Counted from the stretch's first letter, positions 25,891 through 39,525 are shown. The stretch is 64,000 bases of DNA from Lama guanicoe (GCA_013239625.1 MU056050.1:5837366-5901365); one strand, 5' to 3'. Notes: generated by a model from the sequence alone, not told the origin. Numbers and translations are program-made.

Positions 25891-26439
25891 ATGTTTTGTG
25901 GAGGGAAGTGAACTGTCAGGAAATCTCATAAGCAATGACAGAGTTTCTCAACACTAAGGGGAAAAAATGTATTACTGTACCTGGTACCAAATAGCTCAGC
26001 CTTTCTGAAAGAATCCTGGCCTGTCTCCATATTCGCTGAAATACTGACACACATGTTTCTAGTTTTCATAGCTTTGGTTTCTCAGGACTTGTTTCTGGCT
26101 GCTGATATGAGCTTCCTTCTATTTGGTGTCTTTTCTTATAGAACTAAGCCAAAAATTAAAAATTCAAAGAATAAAAAGAAACATATTAAAAGGAAGTCAT
26201 ATTTTGAAGTTAGGGAGAATGAGTTTTCCCCCCCATAGTTACTCTGTTCAAAGTATTTTCAAGCGTACACAACATTCCTTATTAACCTATACAAATGAGG
26301 AGGATACAAACATATAAAAGGAAGTTTTCCAGGGAAAAATACCAAAGAAAGAAAATGCCACCCTGAGTACATACATCCCAGGTCTAGTCCTGGGCTCTAA
26401 GGTCCATTTCAGAAGATTTCTCATCTTCCCAAACATCAT

Positions 26440-27415
26440 TTCTTTTAAAAAAATTTTTAATTGAGATAACATTGCTTTATGATATGTATCATGTAAAGAG
26501 TATATTTTTACTTCTGAATACACTACGCCAAGTTCAACACAAAATATCTAATTTCCAACCATCAGCAGTTAACTTCCTTTATCCATTTCACCCTCCACCC
26601 TCTTCCCCTCTGGTAAATGCTACTCTGTTCTCTTTATCTACATGTTTGTTTTTGTTTGGTTCAGTTTGTTCTTTCCTCTTTTTTTTGTTTTCTTCTATTC
26701 TACAGGAGTGAAATAATACAGTAGTTGTCTTTCTCCAGCTAACTTATTTCACTCAGCCTAATCCCCTCAAAGTCCATCCATGTTGCAAATGGAAATATTT
26801 CATTGATTTTTGTGGTTGAGACTTATTCCATTGGATATACATGCACCTCTTCTTTGGACGAATACCTAGAATTGGAAGAGCTGTGTCATATGGTATTTCT
26901 ATTTTTAGTTGAGGACTCTCCATGTGGTCTCCCACAGTGGCTGTACCAATGTACCCTCCCACCAACAGTGTTACGATGGTCCCCTTTTCTCCATATCCTT
27001 GCCAACACTCATTTCTTCCTTTTTGATAATAGCCATTCTAACAGGCATGAGGCAGTATCTCACTGTGGTTTTCATTTGCATTTCCCCAATGATTAGTGCT
27101 GCTGAGCATCTTTTCATGGGCCTGTTGGCCATCTGCATGTATTCTTTGGAAGAATGTCTACTCAGCTCCTCTGCCCACTCTTTCTAAAGTGAGTTTTTGT
27201 TGTTGTTGTTGAGTTATATAAGTTCTTTATATTTTTTGGATACTAATCCTTTATTGGATATGATTTGCAAATACCTTCTCCAATTTGGTATGTAGTCTGT
27301 TTTGTTGATGTTTTTCTTTGCTGTGAATAATCTTCCTTTTTAGTTTGATGTAGTCCCATTTGTTTAATTTTGCTTTTGTTTCCCTTGTCTGAGGAGACAC
27401 TTAAAAAAAAAAACT
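26440..27415 (-). mobile_element. L1 3' end (ORF2 C-terminus + 3' UTR)
   Basis: Minus-strand ORF 26753-26965 contains LKIEIPYDTALPILGI; gataatagccattctaacagg; T-rich tail near 26440. Confidence 0.9.
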
Positions 27416-27599
27416 GCCTGACAGTAATGGGAATCCAAGAGAAGAAATGCCTCATTCTACTATAGCTCGAGGTATTAATAAATAATCTTTTCTAGGAGTA
27501 CAATAGACCTTCTTTCACTTATGTCTGGGGTTTAAACTTTTATCATCCTCAGGATACCCCAAACTAGGAAATTAAGTTAAAAAGATCTCAGGTTAGAAA

Positions 27600-29050
27600 C
27601 AAGTCTTGACACCAAGAAGTAAACTTTCTCAATAGGAAAGCATCCTTAACCCAGACCCTCAAAATCCACACACAATGAATTCAGCGACAGCAAAACCATG
27701 CTTAGAATTAGCAGAAACAAGAAAATACTTACTGACTCCAAGATATCAAAATTTTATAAGATAAAAACAGGCAGATTTGAAAGAAGCAAAATATAACATC
27801 TAGAACTAAAAATGTGACTGAAATTACAACTTACTGGATGAGTTCAACACATTAGATACAGCTGAAGAGAATAAGTAAATGGGAAGATTAAACAGCAGTA
27901 AATATCCAAAATAAAATAGAGAGAGACAAGATTTGGAAAGCAGGAAACAGAAATTCAGAAATTTAGAGGATATAATGGGAAGACTTGCGCTATATCTAAA
28001 TAAAGTTCTTGAAAGAGAATTAAGAAAACAGTGGAAGCAATATTCAAAGACATAATGGCTGACAAGATGAAAGAATTAATGAAAGACATGCTTCCTCCCC
28101 TTTGGAAATATGCTACATAGTAAGGAAACAGACACACTGTGGTATAACTATAAAACATCAAAGAGAGAAAAGAAGATCTTAAACACAGCCACAGAAAAAA
28201 GATGGGAAACTTACAAAGACAATTGGACTGAGAATAGGATTCTCCACAGCAAGAAGGTATTGCAGAGCACGGTGGAACAATGCCTTCAAAGTGCTGAGGC
28301 AAAGGAATCAATCTAGAATTGTGTAGGTATCAAAACTATCTTTTTAAGAATGGCAGCAAAAGTTCAAGCAAAAATTGTGTTTACCACTTTTTCAGAAAGA
28401 AAATTATCCCAGGTATATGGCTAAGTTAAAAGAAAGAATGGTGAACAAATAAACTGGCAAACAAGGAGAGCAAGTCTAAATGAGCATAGATAGTAAAAAT
28501 AATAATTACTAATTATGGGAATAAAAAACACAAGTAGTAACAACAGTATGTAAGTTTAGAGGTGATTGGAGTTCCAGTGTCGTTTGCTGGGGATTTAAAG
28601 CAGACACTAACTGCCATGTATAAAATAGGTCAACAACAAATTTCTACTGTATAGCACAGGGAACTATATTCAATATCTTACAGTAACTTGTGGTTGAAAA
28701 GAATATGAAAACTCGTATGTGTATGTTCCTGAAATTGTACAGAAGTTGACACAACATTGTAAACTGACTATACTTCAATAAAAATAGATTTAAAAACAAA
28801 TTATGTTTAGAATTTGATATATATGCATGATACACTTTTAAAGGTGCATCACTAATATAGAAGTAGACTGTATAATTTCCAAATAAGTAGAAATGACAAA
28901 ATGCATTCGTGTTAAAAAAAAAAACAGTCCAATGAGGGCAAAAAAAGGAGAAAAGCAGCATAGAAAAAGCGAGACAATTCAAAAGCTTAAAATAAGTTGG
29001 AAAAAATGTATATAAATTGATCAGTAATCACAATAAACATAAGTGGCCTA
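27600..29050 (+). mobile_element. Old L1M fragment (ORF1 and inter-ORF region)
   Basis: ttagatacagctgaagagaataagtaaatgggaaga, tggaacaatgccttcaaagtgctga, ORF1-like text. Confidence 0.65.
28585..28795 (+). mobile_element. Short 5'-truncated younger L1 tail nested in the older L1
   Basis: ctactgtatagcacagggaactatattcaatatc...cattgtaaactgactatacttcaataaaaa, homologous to 10745-10880. Confidence 0.85.
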
Positions 29051-30260
29051 ATACCCATAGTGCAATAAAGCAAAGCATTTTCTGAATTAACACCAAGTAG
29101 TAGGAAGAAAACATCTTGTTTTTCTCAGTTATTTATTTAAATCTATCATTGAGATGTTTATCTAAGTCCCTTTGAGATTATGTGTCCTGAATTATACACC
29201 TTTCTGGGGAAAGATTTCCATAAGTTTGTCCCCTGCTGTGTGAGGAAAGTTGCCTTCAATTCATCCTGAAATGACCTTTCAAGACTCAGTAGGGGCCCAC
29301 TGAGGTCTAATATTCTGGGAGTCTCAAAACATTGCTTCATTGCCCTTTCAAAACTCTTTTATGATTTCCATAGACATCAATCCTATTACCTCACAGATTC
29401 CCCATTCTCAGAGTTAAAGCTTCTCATCCATTTGTTTCGTCTGGAGAGTGAGTTGCTCTCCACATCCTCTAACCATGGAAGCAGGGAAATAATCCAGAAG
29501 CTGCTTCCTTAATGTAAAATTCTAATTCAGAAAATGAAGCCTCATGAATCTTAAAACAAGTATTTTAATTACAGAAAAGTTTCCACCCCCCAAATACATA
29601 ATGAATCAGACAAATTTCTTACATGACTTATTTTCTAGAAAATTATTTTCCACACTTTTTTGGCCTAATAAATCTCTCAAGAAATATTTTAAAATAGTGT
29701 TTGTTGTTTCTTAGAAGTATTAAGGGAAACATTTTAGGGAAAAATATATTCAATGTTGATCAGCATATTAGTACACAAGTCACCAAAAAATTTATTTATA
29801 ATGTAATGTTTAATTATAATTTAATATGTTAGAAATGCTTATTAATTTACTTTATGTAACATTAGCATGATGTCAACTTATAAATCCCTTTTGCATTAGT
29901 TTTGGTTTGGGAGCCAAATGACTACACGAAGGAAAGTTGAAATTTTGCTTAATATTATAGCATCAAAACGAGGAAATAACTGATTTTTTTGAGCTCTTGC
30001 ATTTTGTACTTAAAGAACTGGTCTCTTTTTGTAATTTTGCTGCTTTTTAAATAAATGACAATCTAAGAAAAATGAATTTGGTATTTTATTCACCAGATTT
30101 TCCCTCCCAAATAATTTAGTTTGCATGTAGTCTTCATTCCAAATGAAAGAGCAGAAGTGGATGTAGTGCATGCTTATTATATGAAAGAAATGAGAAATGG
30201 GCTAAAGTCAAACAGGATGATAAAGATAATTGACAAGTAAGGGTTTGGAGGTAGGCTAAG

Positions 30261-30779
30261 CACGCTTGTTGCCATGAAACACTGAGACTAATTTTCAACC
30301 AACAGAAATGGTATCCCTTTCAAAGTGATCAGACTGGGAGGCTATAGCTCCTTCCCACGATGCCATTCAAAGTGCTGTGTTACAAATATGTTTAGCGAGG
30401 AGGCTTAACACCGTTTTAGAAGCATACAAAGAAAGCTCCCCCCTCTTCTTTTTTTTTTTTTAACTACAAAAGGAATTTATTCAGTTTAATGAAACACACT
30501 ATAAAGTATACATTTAAATGACTTTGCTTTCAAAATTAAATATAACCTCAAAGAGTACAGCTTTGTCACAAGGGCAGAAGTCTAAAGGACTGAGTCAGTG
30601 TCAGAAGGCAATTTCAAAGGCTGAGTGTCAGCAACGTTCATAGCTCTGGCAGACTCATGATGGCTAGCGCCAGTACTGCAAGGGATGCATGTAAATGGCA
30701 ATGCCAGTCAATTAGTTATAGCAGCTTTATGATTTTTAATTAAACCTAGCTAATTATTCACTTATGGTCCTATCTCACA
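30261..30779. mobile_element. MARNA-like mariner DNA transposon remnant
   Basis: gagactaatttt...tttcaaagtgatcagactgggaggctata...aaaattaaatataacctcaaag...gaaggcaatttcaaagg resemble the MARNA consensus as recalled. Confidence 0.55.
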
Positions 30780-33700
30780 GAATGTTGCCTCATCTTTTAA
30801 GATTCTAAGCACATACTTCTTGAGACTAGGGAAAGGAACTCTAGCTCTCCTACACTGGGAAATTGTCTTCACACCTTCTCTAACTTAAGGCTGTCCAGTT
30901 TTCTCTAGTTAAGGCTGACTCTCTAAAACATTATACAGAATTAAAATATGTCTTTCCTACCCTCCCATCTCCCTTTCAGGGCTACTCCTTGTTGTAACCA
31001 GATCTGTCAGATACTCAGGATCTTCATTCTGGCCTGGCTTGCCAAGGAGTTATGTCACACATATATGCCATTCAGCCTGGCATTAATTACTCATAGAGAA
31101 AAAAAAACAAAGGAATCAAGTTGCATGTCTTCAGCAACTACATAATACATTTTCTCCTGCAGCTGGCAAGGAAACCATCTTCAGGGTTGATGGAATGGGG
31201 ACTGAACTACCCAGGCCCAGCCCTTGGCAGACTAATGGTTTCAGACAACAAGCAGCAAGTAGACACAACTGAAGAAAAATCTCAGACAGCCCAGCTGCTA
31301 AAAATGTACATCATACAGAGATTATGAATAAAAGAAATAAAACCTGTTTTTCAAGGAAGTCACCTACAGGTCAAAGTAATACTAGAATGACTACTGACCT
31401 TTGCGACTAGGATATCACACTGTTCTTTATATATAAACACCTGACACAGCGTTTGACACATAGCAGAGTTAACACATGGTACATAATAATTTTTAAGCTA
31501 CCTGACTCACAGACATAGAACCCAAGATCTCCTAATCACCAAAAGTAATCAGACTTGCTCTGTCTCTTCTCTTTCAAACACACAGCACAGCAATAAGGGA
31601 GTAGGGGAGAGTCCAAGATATCGAAAGTCCATAAACACGGTTATAAATGCACATGAGGAGTGTAATTTATCCATAAATTCACTTTTGAACTTTAACCACT
31701 GCACCTCAAAAGGGATTCCCAGGCTCTCCAAAAAATGTCAACTACCACTCTGCTTTTCGTCTTCACAAGAGGAAAAAGAGAAAAAGGACGAGAGGAAAGA
31801 AATGTAATAAATGAAGAACCAAAGGAGCAAGAACTTTAAAAATGAACGTCTGGCATGGCAGGAAGAGCCGAGCACTAGAGGGCAGGAGACGTGGGGTACT
31901 GTCCAGATGCTGCCACGCACTAGTCAGACAACTCTGCACATTATCACTGCACCTTTTTTTCTGAGCCTACATTGAAACAAAGAAAAAGACAGTCTTTGTC
32001 AAACATACTTCTTTGGACAATGTTGAGGATCACCTGAGATAAGGGATAGGAAAGTTGTGGCCCAAATATACAGTGCTATAAAACAAAGTTGGCTAATACA
32101 ATCATCCTTTTTTGAAGAGTCCCATAAACATAGTTGACTAACTCTTAATTGATAAGGACCCAAACCATGAGGAGAAATTGATGACGACTGAAATAAGACA
32201 GACATAGTAACAGCATGGGGAAATAGGCTCTATTAACCAGCTAGATTGTTACCACCAGCACCAACTTTTTTTTTTAAATAAGGCACCTGCAGTATTCATG
32301 ATCCCTGCAGAAACACCCAAATTTTTTTCATCAGTTTGAAGCTTAAGAATGCAATTCGGTTGATGCTATCTTGGCACTCAGCATCTCTGAATTTGCTTCT
32401 ATGTTCAAGAACTTCATCATCTGCATTAAAAAAAAAAATCCGTAACTGCTTTTACCGTAGTAAATATAAAATGCTACCATACGTTTAAAGTTGCTGTTCT
32501 TTACTTAGCATTGGTTATCTTTGATAAATTAGAACCTGTCCTTGGAAAAGGTAAGTTGTTAGTCACAACCTATGTAATGAACAGGATTCAGAGACACCCC
32601 GGGACACTGACGGTGTCACGAGGAAGTCACCATTCCTCCTGAGGGTGACGATGAGCTGAGGCACAGCAGTAAAATGCTTGAGGGACCCTGGCTGATCCCA
32701 TCACAGTCAGGTGGTAGTTTGCTCCCCAGTTTGTCGTTTCCTGTTTTCGTACCTTTTAACTTGCCGCTTTGTTGATACCATATTGCCACTTTCTTCCTTT
32801 TCAATTCCCCTAGCCAATTTCATATGCCATTATCTTCTTTTATGAGAAACTCCTTTTCTGAGAAGCTGGCCTATAATCACCTCACCATTTCTCTGCCTTC
32901 TTTCTGACATATGAAATGCCTACTATCAATTCACCTTCATTCATTTTTGCAGTTTCTCTTTTCTGCCTTTAGCTGCTCGTTTTCTACGCCATCTCCCATT
33001 CTCATTTGTATGGCATTTCCCTTTCCCTTTCACTAAATGTTGCCTTCATTTATTTCAGTGACCTCAGGAAGCCTTGATCCTGACATTCATGTGATTATGA
33101 GGTGTTTATTTTTCTTAATATAAATAATTCTGAACACTTAGCAGGGGCCTGTTTTCCTCAGGTTAACTCCTTTAAGATACGCTGAAGTACACAGCCCAGT
33201 GTTACATGAGTGTTTTGAAATGATCATTGCAAATAATATGGGGAAAGATTTTAGAACAAGAACTAGATAATGTAAGCTTGAGTCAGAAGAAACTTGTCAT
33301 CTATACATTCAATACAGAACATATTGGCTTTCCAAAAATATTGGATACTTTCCAGTTATCGATAGCTCCAATTTTAGCCATAACATTATTATTGCCAAAT
33401 GTACTTAGATTTGACTGTATATTTTCAGGAGCCACTTTGGAAGCAATAAAGAACTACTGTGGTGACACCCACAGGTGGAACAAAAAACTTTCGCCACTTA
33501 AATACCATGTATTTTGTGCCTTTACGTTTCAGTTGTCTGCTAATTTTGTGCGTTGTTTTTCAAATATCCAGATCTCATTTTGGTCATATGAGATGAACTT
33601 TTGCCAGTGACCCCTTAACTAAAGACCTAAGGTTCACCTTTAAGGAAACTTTGTATCATTTAGTAAAATCTCCAGTAAGTTACTGAGCCCCACAATGGCA

Positions 33701-33879
33701 GCCATGGAGAATCATCATCTTCCACTCACAACATGACCCTCTCGGAGAAACTGTACTAATACCTGGGTTGACCTGCTTTCGTTCGCATAATAGCTGTTTG
33801 GAGAATCATTTCTTACCTCTAATCAGTATGATATTTTTATACTAACTGCATCTAAACCACATGATACCATGACCCAGAT

Positions 33880-34225
33880 AAATCCCAACTGACAGACATT
33901 CCACAGAACTGTCAAGGTCATGAAAGCAAGGAAATTCTGAGAAACTGTCACAGCCAGGACACAGGAGTCTAAGGATAAATGACAATTAAATGCAATATGG
34001 TACCCTGCATGGGGTCCTGGAACACAAAAAGGAAATTAGGTGAAATTGGAATGAAGTATGGAAATTAGTTAATAATAATGTATTGATACTGGTTTATTTA
34101 TTATGACAAGTATATTAAAGTGTTAATAATATGGGATAGTAGATGTGGTGCATAGAGAAACTCTCTGTAGTATCTTGGCAACTTTTCTGTAAATCTAAAA
34201 ACTATTCTAAAAATGTTTGAAAAAA
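33880..34225 (+). mobile_element. Old L1 (L1MC/MD-like) 3' end
   Basis: aactgtcaaggtcatgaaagcaaggaaattctgagaaactgtcacag...gcaacttttctgtaaatctaaaactattctaaaa. Confidence 0.75.
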
Positions 34226-34469
34226 TGTTTACAAAAAAACACAGCGTCCAGCAAACCAAAGATAACCATGTAAAAAAGATACATAAAACATTTGGCTTAT
34301 AGAAAAAAAAGATAAACAGAGAGAAAGAGCACAAAAGATAGAAGAGATTCACAAAACTTACATGAAGATTAAAAGGTATAACACACTGTGCTTAATATTT
34401 TCATGTAAGTAACAGTCAACTTGAAAATTTTAGCAAAGAACTTGATATTATAAAAAGAACACAACATTC

Positions 34470-34797
34470 TTAACCCTAGTCAACAATGCTGTACATAAGG
34501 TTTCCAGAACTTATTTAGCTGATAATTGAAACTCTGTATCCTTTGATCAGTATCTTCTATTTTCACCCATCCACCAGCGTATGTTAACCACCATTCTACC
34601 CTCTGATACTGTGGAATTTTCAAAGAGAGTAGATCACAAGTATTCTTATCACAAGAAAAAAACAACTATGGAAGGTGATAAATGTGCTCATCAGTTTGAG
34701 TCTGGTAATCATTTCATAATAGACACATATATGAAAATATATTGTACACAAAATACATGCATTTTTATTTGTCAAAACAACATAAAAACATAAAAGC
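34470..34797. mobile_element. L1MA-like 3' UTR with 5' inversion
   Basis: 34470-34611 is antisense 3' UTR, 34612-34797 is the sense 3' terminus; flanked by aaaaagaa on both sides. Confidence 0.75.
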
Positions 34798-35021
34798 TTG
34801 AAAAAGAATCCAATAAAAATTCTAGAACTGAATAGTTCAATAACCAAATTGAGGAATGTAATGGGTAAGTTTAACATAAGAAACTAATGAAATGGAAATT
34901 ATAAAAACCCTACTGAGGAAGAGAAAAATTAAAAGAAAATAAGAGAAGTAAAAGATATAAAAGATACAGCAAAAAAAGTTAGCATATATGAAAGCAGAAC
35001 CCCAGAAAGAAAGGCAAAAAT

Positions 35022-36680
35022 GATGGATCAAGCAGAAGAAGCCATCTATGAAGTACAAGACAGAACATTTGAAAGTATAATGTTAACGGAAACAAAGAAC
35101 AAAGAATGAAAGTGAGTGGAGAAAGCCTCCATGAATTACAAGACACAATTAAAATGAACAATCTATGCTTTATTGAAGCCCCAGAAGAAGACAGAAAGGG
35201 AGAAAAGGTAAATTTAGAAAAATAATGGAGGGGAAAGTATAGCTCAAATGGTAGAGTGTGTGCTTAGCATGCACAAGGTCCTGGCTTCAAGCCCCAGTAC
35301 CTTTTCTAAAAATAACTAAACCTAATTACCTGACCTCCACCCCCCAAAAAAAGTAAAGAAAATAATGGATGAGACCTCCCAAAATGTGGGGAGATATTTG
35401 GATATCTAAGTTCATGAAGCCCACAGGTCAGTGAAAACTTAAATGAAGAAGATCTTCTCCAGGACATATTATAATAAAAGTGTCTAAAAACAAAGAGAAA
35501 CAGAATTTTAAAAAGGCAGCAAGATGAAAATTTCTGACATACAAGGGGACTGCCATAAGGCTATCAGTGGATTTCAAAGCAGAAAACCTGTACAGTAGGA
35601 AAGAGTTCGATGATATATTCAAAAGTGCTAAAACTGCCAACCATGAAGACCTTACCTGACTAAGTTTTCCTTCAGAAATAAAGGCAAGATAAAGAATTTT
35701 CCAAACCAACAAAAGTTGAGGGAGTTTATCACTACTAGACTTGCCTTACAAGGGCTTAATTTCCGAAATATATAAGGAATGCCAACAGTTCAACAGCAAA
35801 AAACAAAAACAAAAACAAAAAGCCTTAGTAACAGTTTTTAAGATGGGTCAAGTTCTTGAATAGACGTTTCTTCAAAAAAGCAAACAGCCAACAGATGTAT
35901 GAAAAACGCTCAATGACACCAATCATCTGGGAAATACTAATCAAAACCACAATGAGCCATCACCTCACACCTGTCAAGATGGTCATTATTTTCAAAAACA
36001 AAAAACTGTTGGAAAGGATCTGGACACACTGAAACCCTTGTAAACAGTTGGTGGCAATGCAAAACAATGCAGCCACTATGGATAACAGTACGGAGATTCC
36101 TTACAAAAATAAAAATAGAACATATGACCTTGCAATCCCACTTCTGGATATTTAATGACAATTACAATTATTTAAATTAAAATTGAAATAAGGATTTCAG
36201 AGAGACATGAGCACTCCCCCACTCATTACAGCACTATCAACAATAGCCAAGACATGAAAACAATCCAAATGTCTCCTGCCAGATGAGAGGATAAAGAACA
36301 TGTGGTGTGTACATACAGTGGAATACTATTCAGCCTTGACAAAAGGCAATCCTGCAATATGTGGCAACAGGCAGGAACCTTGAAGACACTGTGCTAAGTA
36401 AAATAACCCAGTCACAAAATGGGAAATACTGCATGATCCCACTTATATGAGGCATCTGAAATAGTCAAATTTATAGCATCAAAGAGTAGAATGGTTGCCA
36501 GGAACCGGAGGCAGGGATAAGTGGGGAGTTAACTCATCAACACATTTTCAGTCAAGCAAGACAAATAAGCTTTAGATATCTGCTGTACAAAAATGAACTT
36601 ACAGTCAACAATAATTTTACACTAAATGTTGGTAAGAAGGGAGCTCGCATGTTAACTGTTTTTACTATAGTAAAATAAAG
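35022..36680 (+). mobile_element. Internally deleted L1: ORF1 3' part joined to ORF2 C-terminus and 3' UTR
   Basis: ORF1 text up to gccttacaag (35752), then ggcttaatttccgaaatatataagg (ORF2 DKGLISKIYKE region), aaaaccacaatgag, 3' UTR to about 36680. Confidence 0.75.
35230..35357 (+). mobile_element. tRNA-derived SINE, camelid Vic-1-like, inserted in L1 ORF1
   Basis: ggggaaagtatagctcaaatggtagagtgtgtgcttagcatgcacaaggtcctggcttcaagccccagtacc; TSD aaaataatgga on both sides. Confidence 0.9.
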
Positions 36681-37529
36681 TCAAGGATGGATGTTATAAT
36701 TTCTAGGTTAATTACAAACAGATCAAATAAAGAATATATAGATAGCCAGGGGGAAAACAGAAATGTAATACAATCAACCCAAATCAATAAACCCAAACTA
36801 CGTTTAAAAGGAAAAAAAGCAAAAAAAAAAATTGAAAGGAAAAAAATAATAAACATAGTACGACAGTAGATTTAATCTCAAAGGTATCAGTTATTTCACT
36901 GACTTATCAATAAACTTGGCATTTTAGTTAGACTTATAGACTGTATTTAGAAGAATATGCTGTGTAGAAGAGACATATCCAAAATATAAGGATACACAAT
37001 TGTTGAAAAGTAAAATGATTGAGAAAGGCATAATATTCAAACAATGACCAACCAATATGAAGTGGATGTAGCTTTCTTAACATCAGATACAATGCTTCCA
37101 CAAAAAACTTCTTTAGAGATAGTAACAATAATAAGTGATAAAACAACTCTAAACCTATCACCTTATAATATGGCTATATTATTAAAGACTTTTAATATTT
37201 CAAAACATGACAGAACTCGAGCAATTCTCATATATGCACAAAAATAGAGCAGAAATCCAAAATACCAATAAGTACTTGAAAAAGTGTTCAATCTCAATAG
37301 TACTCAGGGAAATAAATATTAAATTTATGATGATATACTGTTATACACCCACCAGAAGAGATAAAAAGACTGAAAATAACAAGTATTGATGAATATGAGG
37401 AGCAACAGAAAATCTTACGTTGCTGATAATGTATGTGAATTGTATTTAAATTGGTACAACCATGTTGAAAAAACACTTGGCATTATCTTAAATGTGAACA
37501 CCAAAATATATATCCCATGATTATGATGT

Positions 37530-37640
37530 CCTATTTTATCAAAGTTTTTTTTAAAGTAAAAGGGGAAATATAAATAATTACACCAGGACAATAGGTATTA
37601 ACGAGAACTGATGTAAGCAAACCAGGATTATAATCTCCCT
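37530..37640. mobile_element. MER94-like hAT-Blackjack remnant
   Basis: aaaaggggaaatataaataattacaccaggacaatagg...gcaaaccagga, similar to 53702-53831. Confidence 0.45.
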
Positions 37641-39169
37641 ACACACGACCCCACAATCCTCACTCTTAAGTATAAAACTAACAAAAATGGATGTGCGTAC
37701 ACAATAAAGCATTATTCATAATAGCTAAAAACTGAAACAAACCCAGGATCTATTTCCTAGAGGTGAATGTGGTCTATTTATCCCTAAACAAAAAGAACGA
37801 ACTACACCAACACAGGAGAATCTTGATGTGTCCCAAAAATACAATATTGAGGGGAAAAAAAGACACAAAAGAATAAGTACTGTATAATTCCATCTATATA
37901 GAATTCAAAAATAAGCAACGTGTCAGGGTTTAGAAATATAAACATAGATGCTAACACTATAAAGAAAATTTAGGCCACAACGACTATAAATATGAAGATA
38001 GAGGTTATCTGTAAGGAGGAATGATGATTGAGTACTTGAAAGAGGGCACATGATGGCGTCCGGAGAAAACGGTGGCCTTCAGTCTCTTCATCTGAGCTGT
38101 GTGGTAATTACTTGTTGAGCGTTTACGGTGTGCAAATTGATAAGCTATATATTTTGTGCACTCTTCTATATGTCTATTATATTTTACAACAAAAGGTTTT
38201 TAAAAAAGGAAAAAATATCAGGTGCTGAGCAAAGAAGTACTAAGTAATAATGTATAGAGGGAGTGAAGAATTGGTACTGAAATATATAGTCTTCAATCTG
38301 AACAAAGTCCTCTTGAACAACAGCATTATCTTAGTTCTACTTTTGCTTCAAAAAGCAATTGTAAAATGAATAGCATTTTTAAGACAAGAATTCCACTAGA
38401 AAGATGCACCTTGTGAGGCGATTCAATAGTACACTGGAGCAATGACAACCCCTCCAAGGGTTTTTACCCAACAAATATATCAAAGGAACCTGTTTATAGC
38501 ACAACCTAGCCCTTCTGAATTGAACCCCAAGACAATGCTAGAAGAGACATGGGTGTGCTTTGCCCATCTTTCTGAACAAACGGTATAGATAAATCTTTTC
38601 TCTTGGGATATAGGTCAAACAAGATAAAGGAAAAGAATTCCAAAAAGGGATCCTTTCTCTTACACATCCCCACCTCCATCAGCCTCAGACAAATCTCTCA
38701 AGTTCCAAGATGTGGTCCTATCAATGTGTCATTTGCTAAGTAAATAGGACAGATTTGATCTAAGTCTTGATTTTATGAGATTTGTCTATTTTAAGCAGGA
38801 GGTAAAATGTGCCAAATTCTTACTTCATTTTCGCTCTGAGGTTTAAATGGGAATAACCATTCATCTAAGTGTTGGACCACACTGAACAGAACCACTTAAA
38901 ACCCAGGAACATGTCACTTGTGCTAATGGTTTCCGCTAGCATATGAGGAAATGTTACTTGCAGCTTGCTCACCACTTTGGATTGATGAAGGCAAAGGAAA
39001 AAAAGATACCTCAAAGGAACGTCACCTCTGTCCTTAAAATGCATGGAATCAGCATGTTGAGAAGATTAGAAATACATGTCATTAATGAATCTTCAAAAAC
39101 CTATTAGGGACATGTTTCTCCATTAAAAATTAAATTTGTACTCTCAAAGGACCCAATCAAGAAATACTT

Positions 39170-39525
39170 TCACTATAAAGAACATTAGTGAGACAACTGA
39201 CAACATTTGAATAATGATTATAGATTAAAAAACACTATTTTTTATTATGACAATTGTACTGCAGTTATATAAGAGATTGTCCTTGATTTTAGGAAAAACA
39301 TACTGAAGTTTTAGGGATAAATGGACATCTTATTTGCAACCTGATCTCAAACAGTTCAGAAAAAACTCGATTTATATCTATATCTATCTGTCCTTAGGAA
39401 AAGAGAGAATGTAGCCAAATAATACCATTTGAAAAATCTGAGTGAAAGGTATATGGAAATTTTTTGTACTATTTTTGTAACTTTTTTAGAAGCCTAAATT
39501 TATTGCATAATAAAAAGCTAAAAAT
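39170..39525 (+). mobile_element. Old L1 (L1MC4/5-like) 3' end
   Basis: gattgtccttgattttaggaaaaacatactgaagttttagggataaa...tgagtgaaaggtatatggaaattttttgtactatttttgtaactttt. Confidence 0.7.

Larger units (their letters stand above)
34380..38210 (+). mobile_element. Nested L1 cluster: old L1M scaffold carrying younger L1, SINE and MER94-like insertions
   Basis: ORF1-like text 34380-35020, inter-ORF/EN-like text 36690-37150, ORF2 end and L1ME-like 3' UTR 37230-38210. Confidence 0.7.

Noticed and set aside
32290..32440. Minus-strand acceptor ttttttttttaatgcag with frame DDEVLEHRSKFRDAECQDSINRIAF
   Set aside because: Tract is a simple A-run, no good donor, no recognisable homology.
33227..33610. 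127-aa ORF with faint resemblance (ELDNVSLSQ) to hAT transposase segments
   Set aside because: Similarity is limited to a few residues; no terminal repeats seen. A Dfam/HMMER search would be needed.
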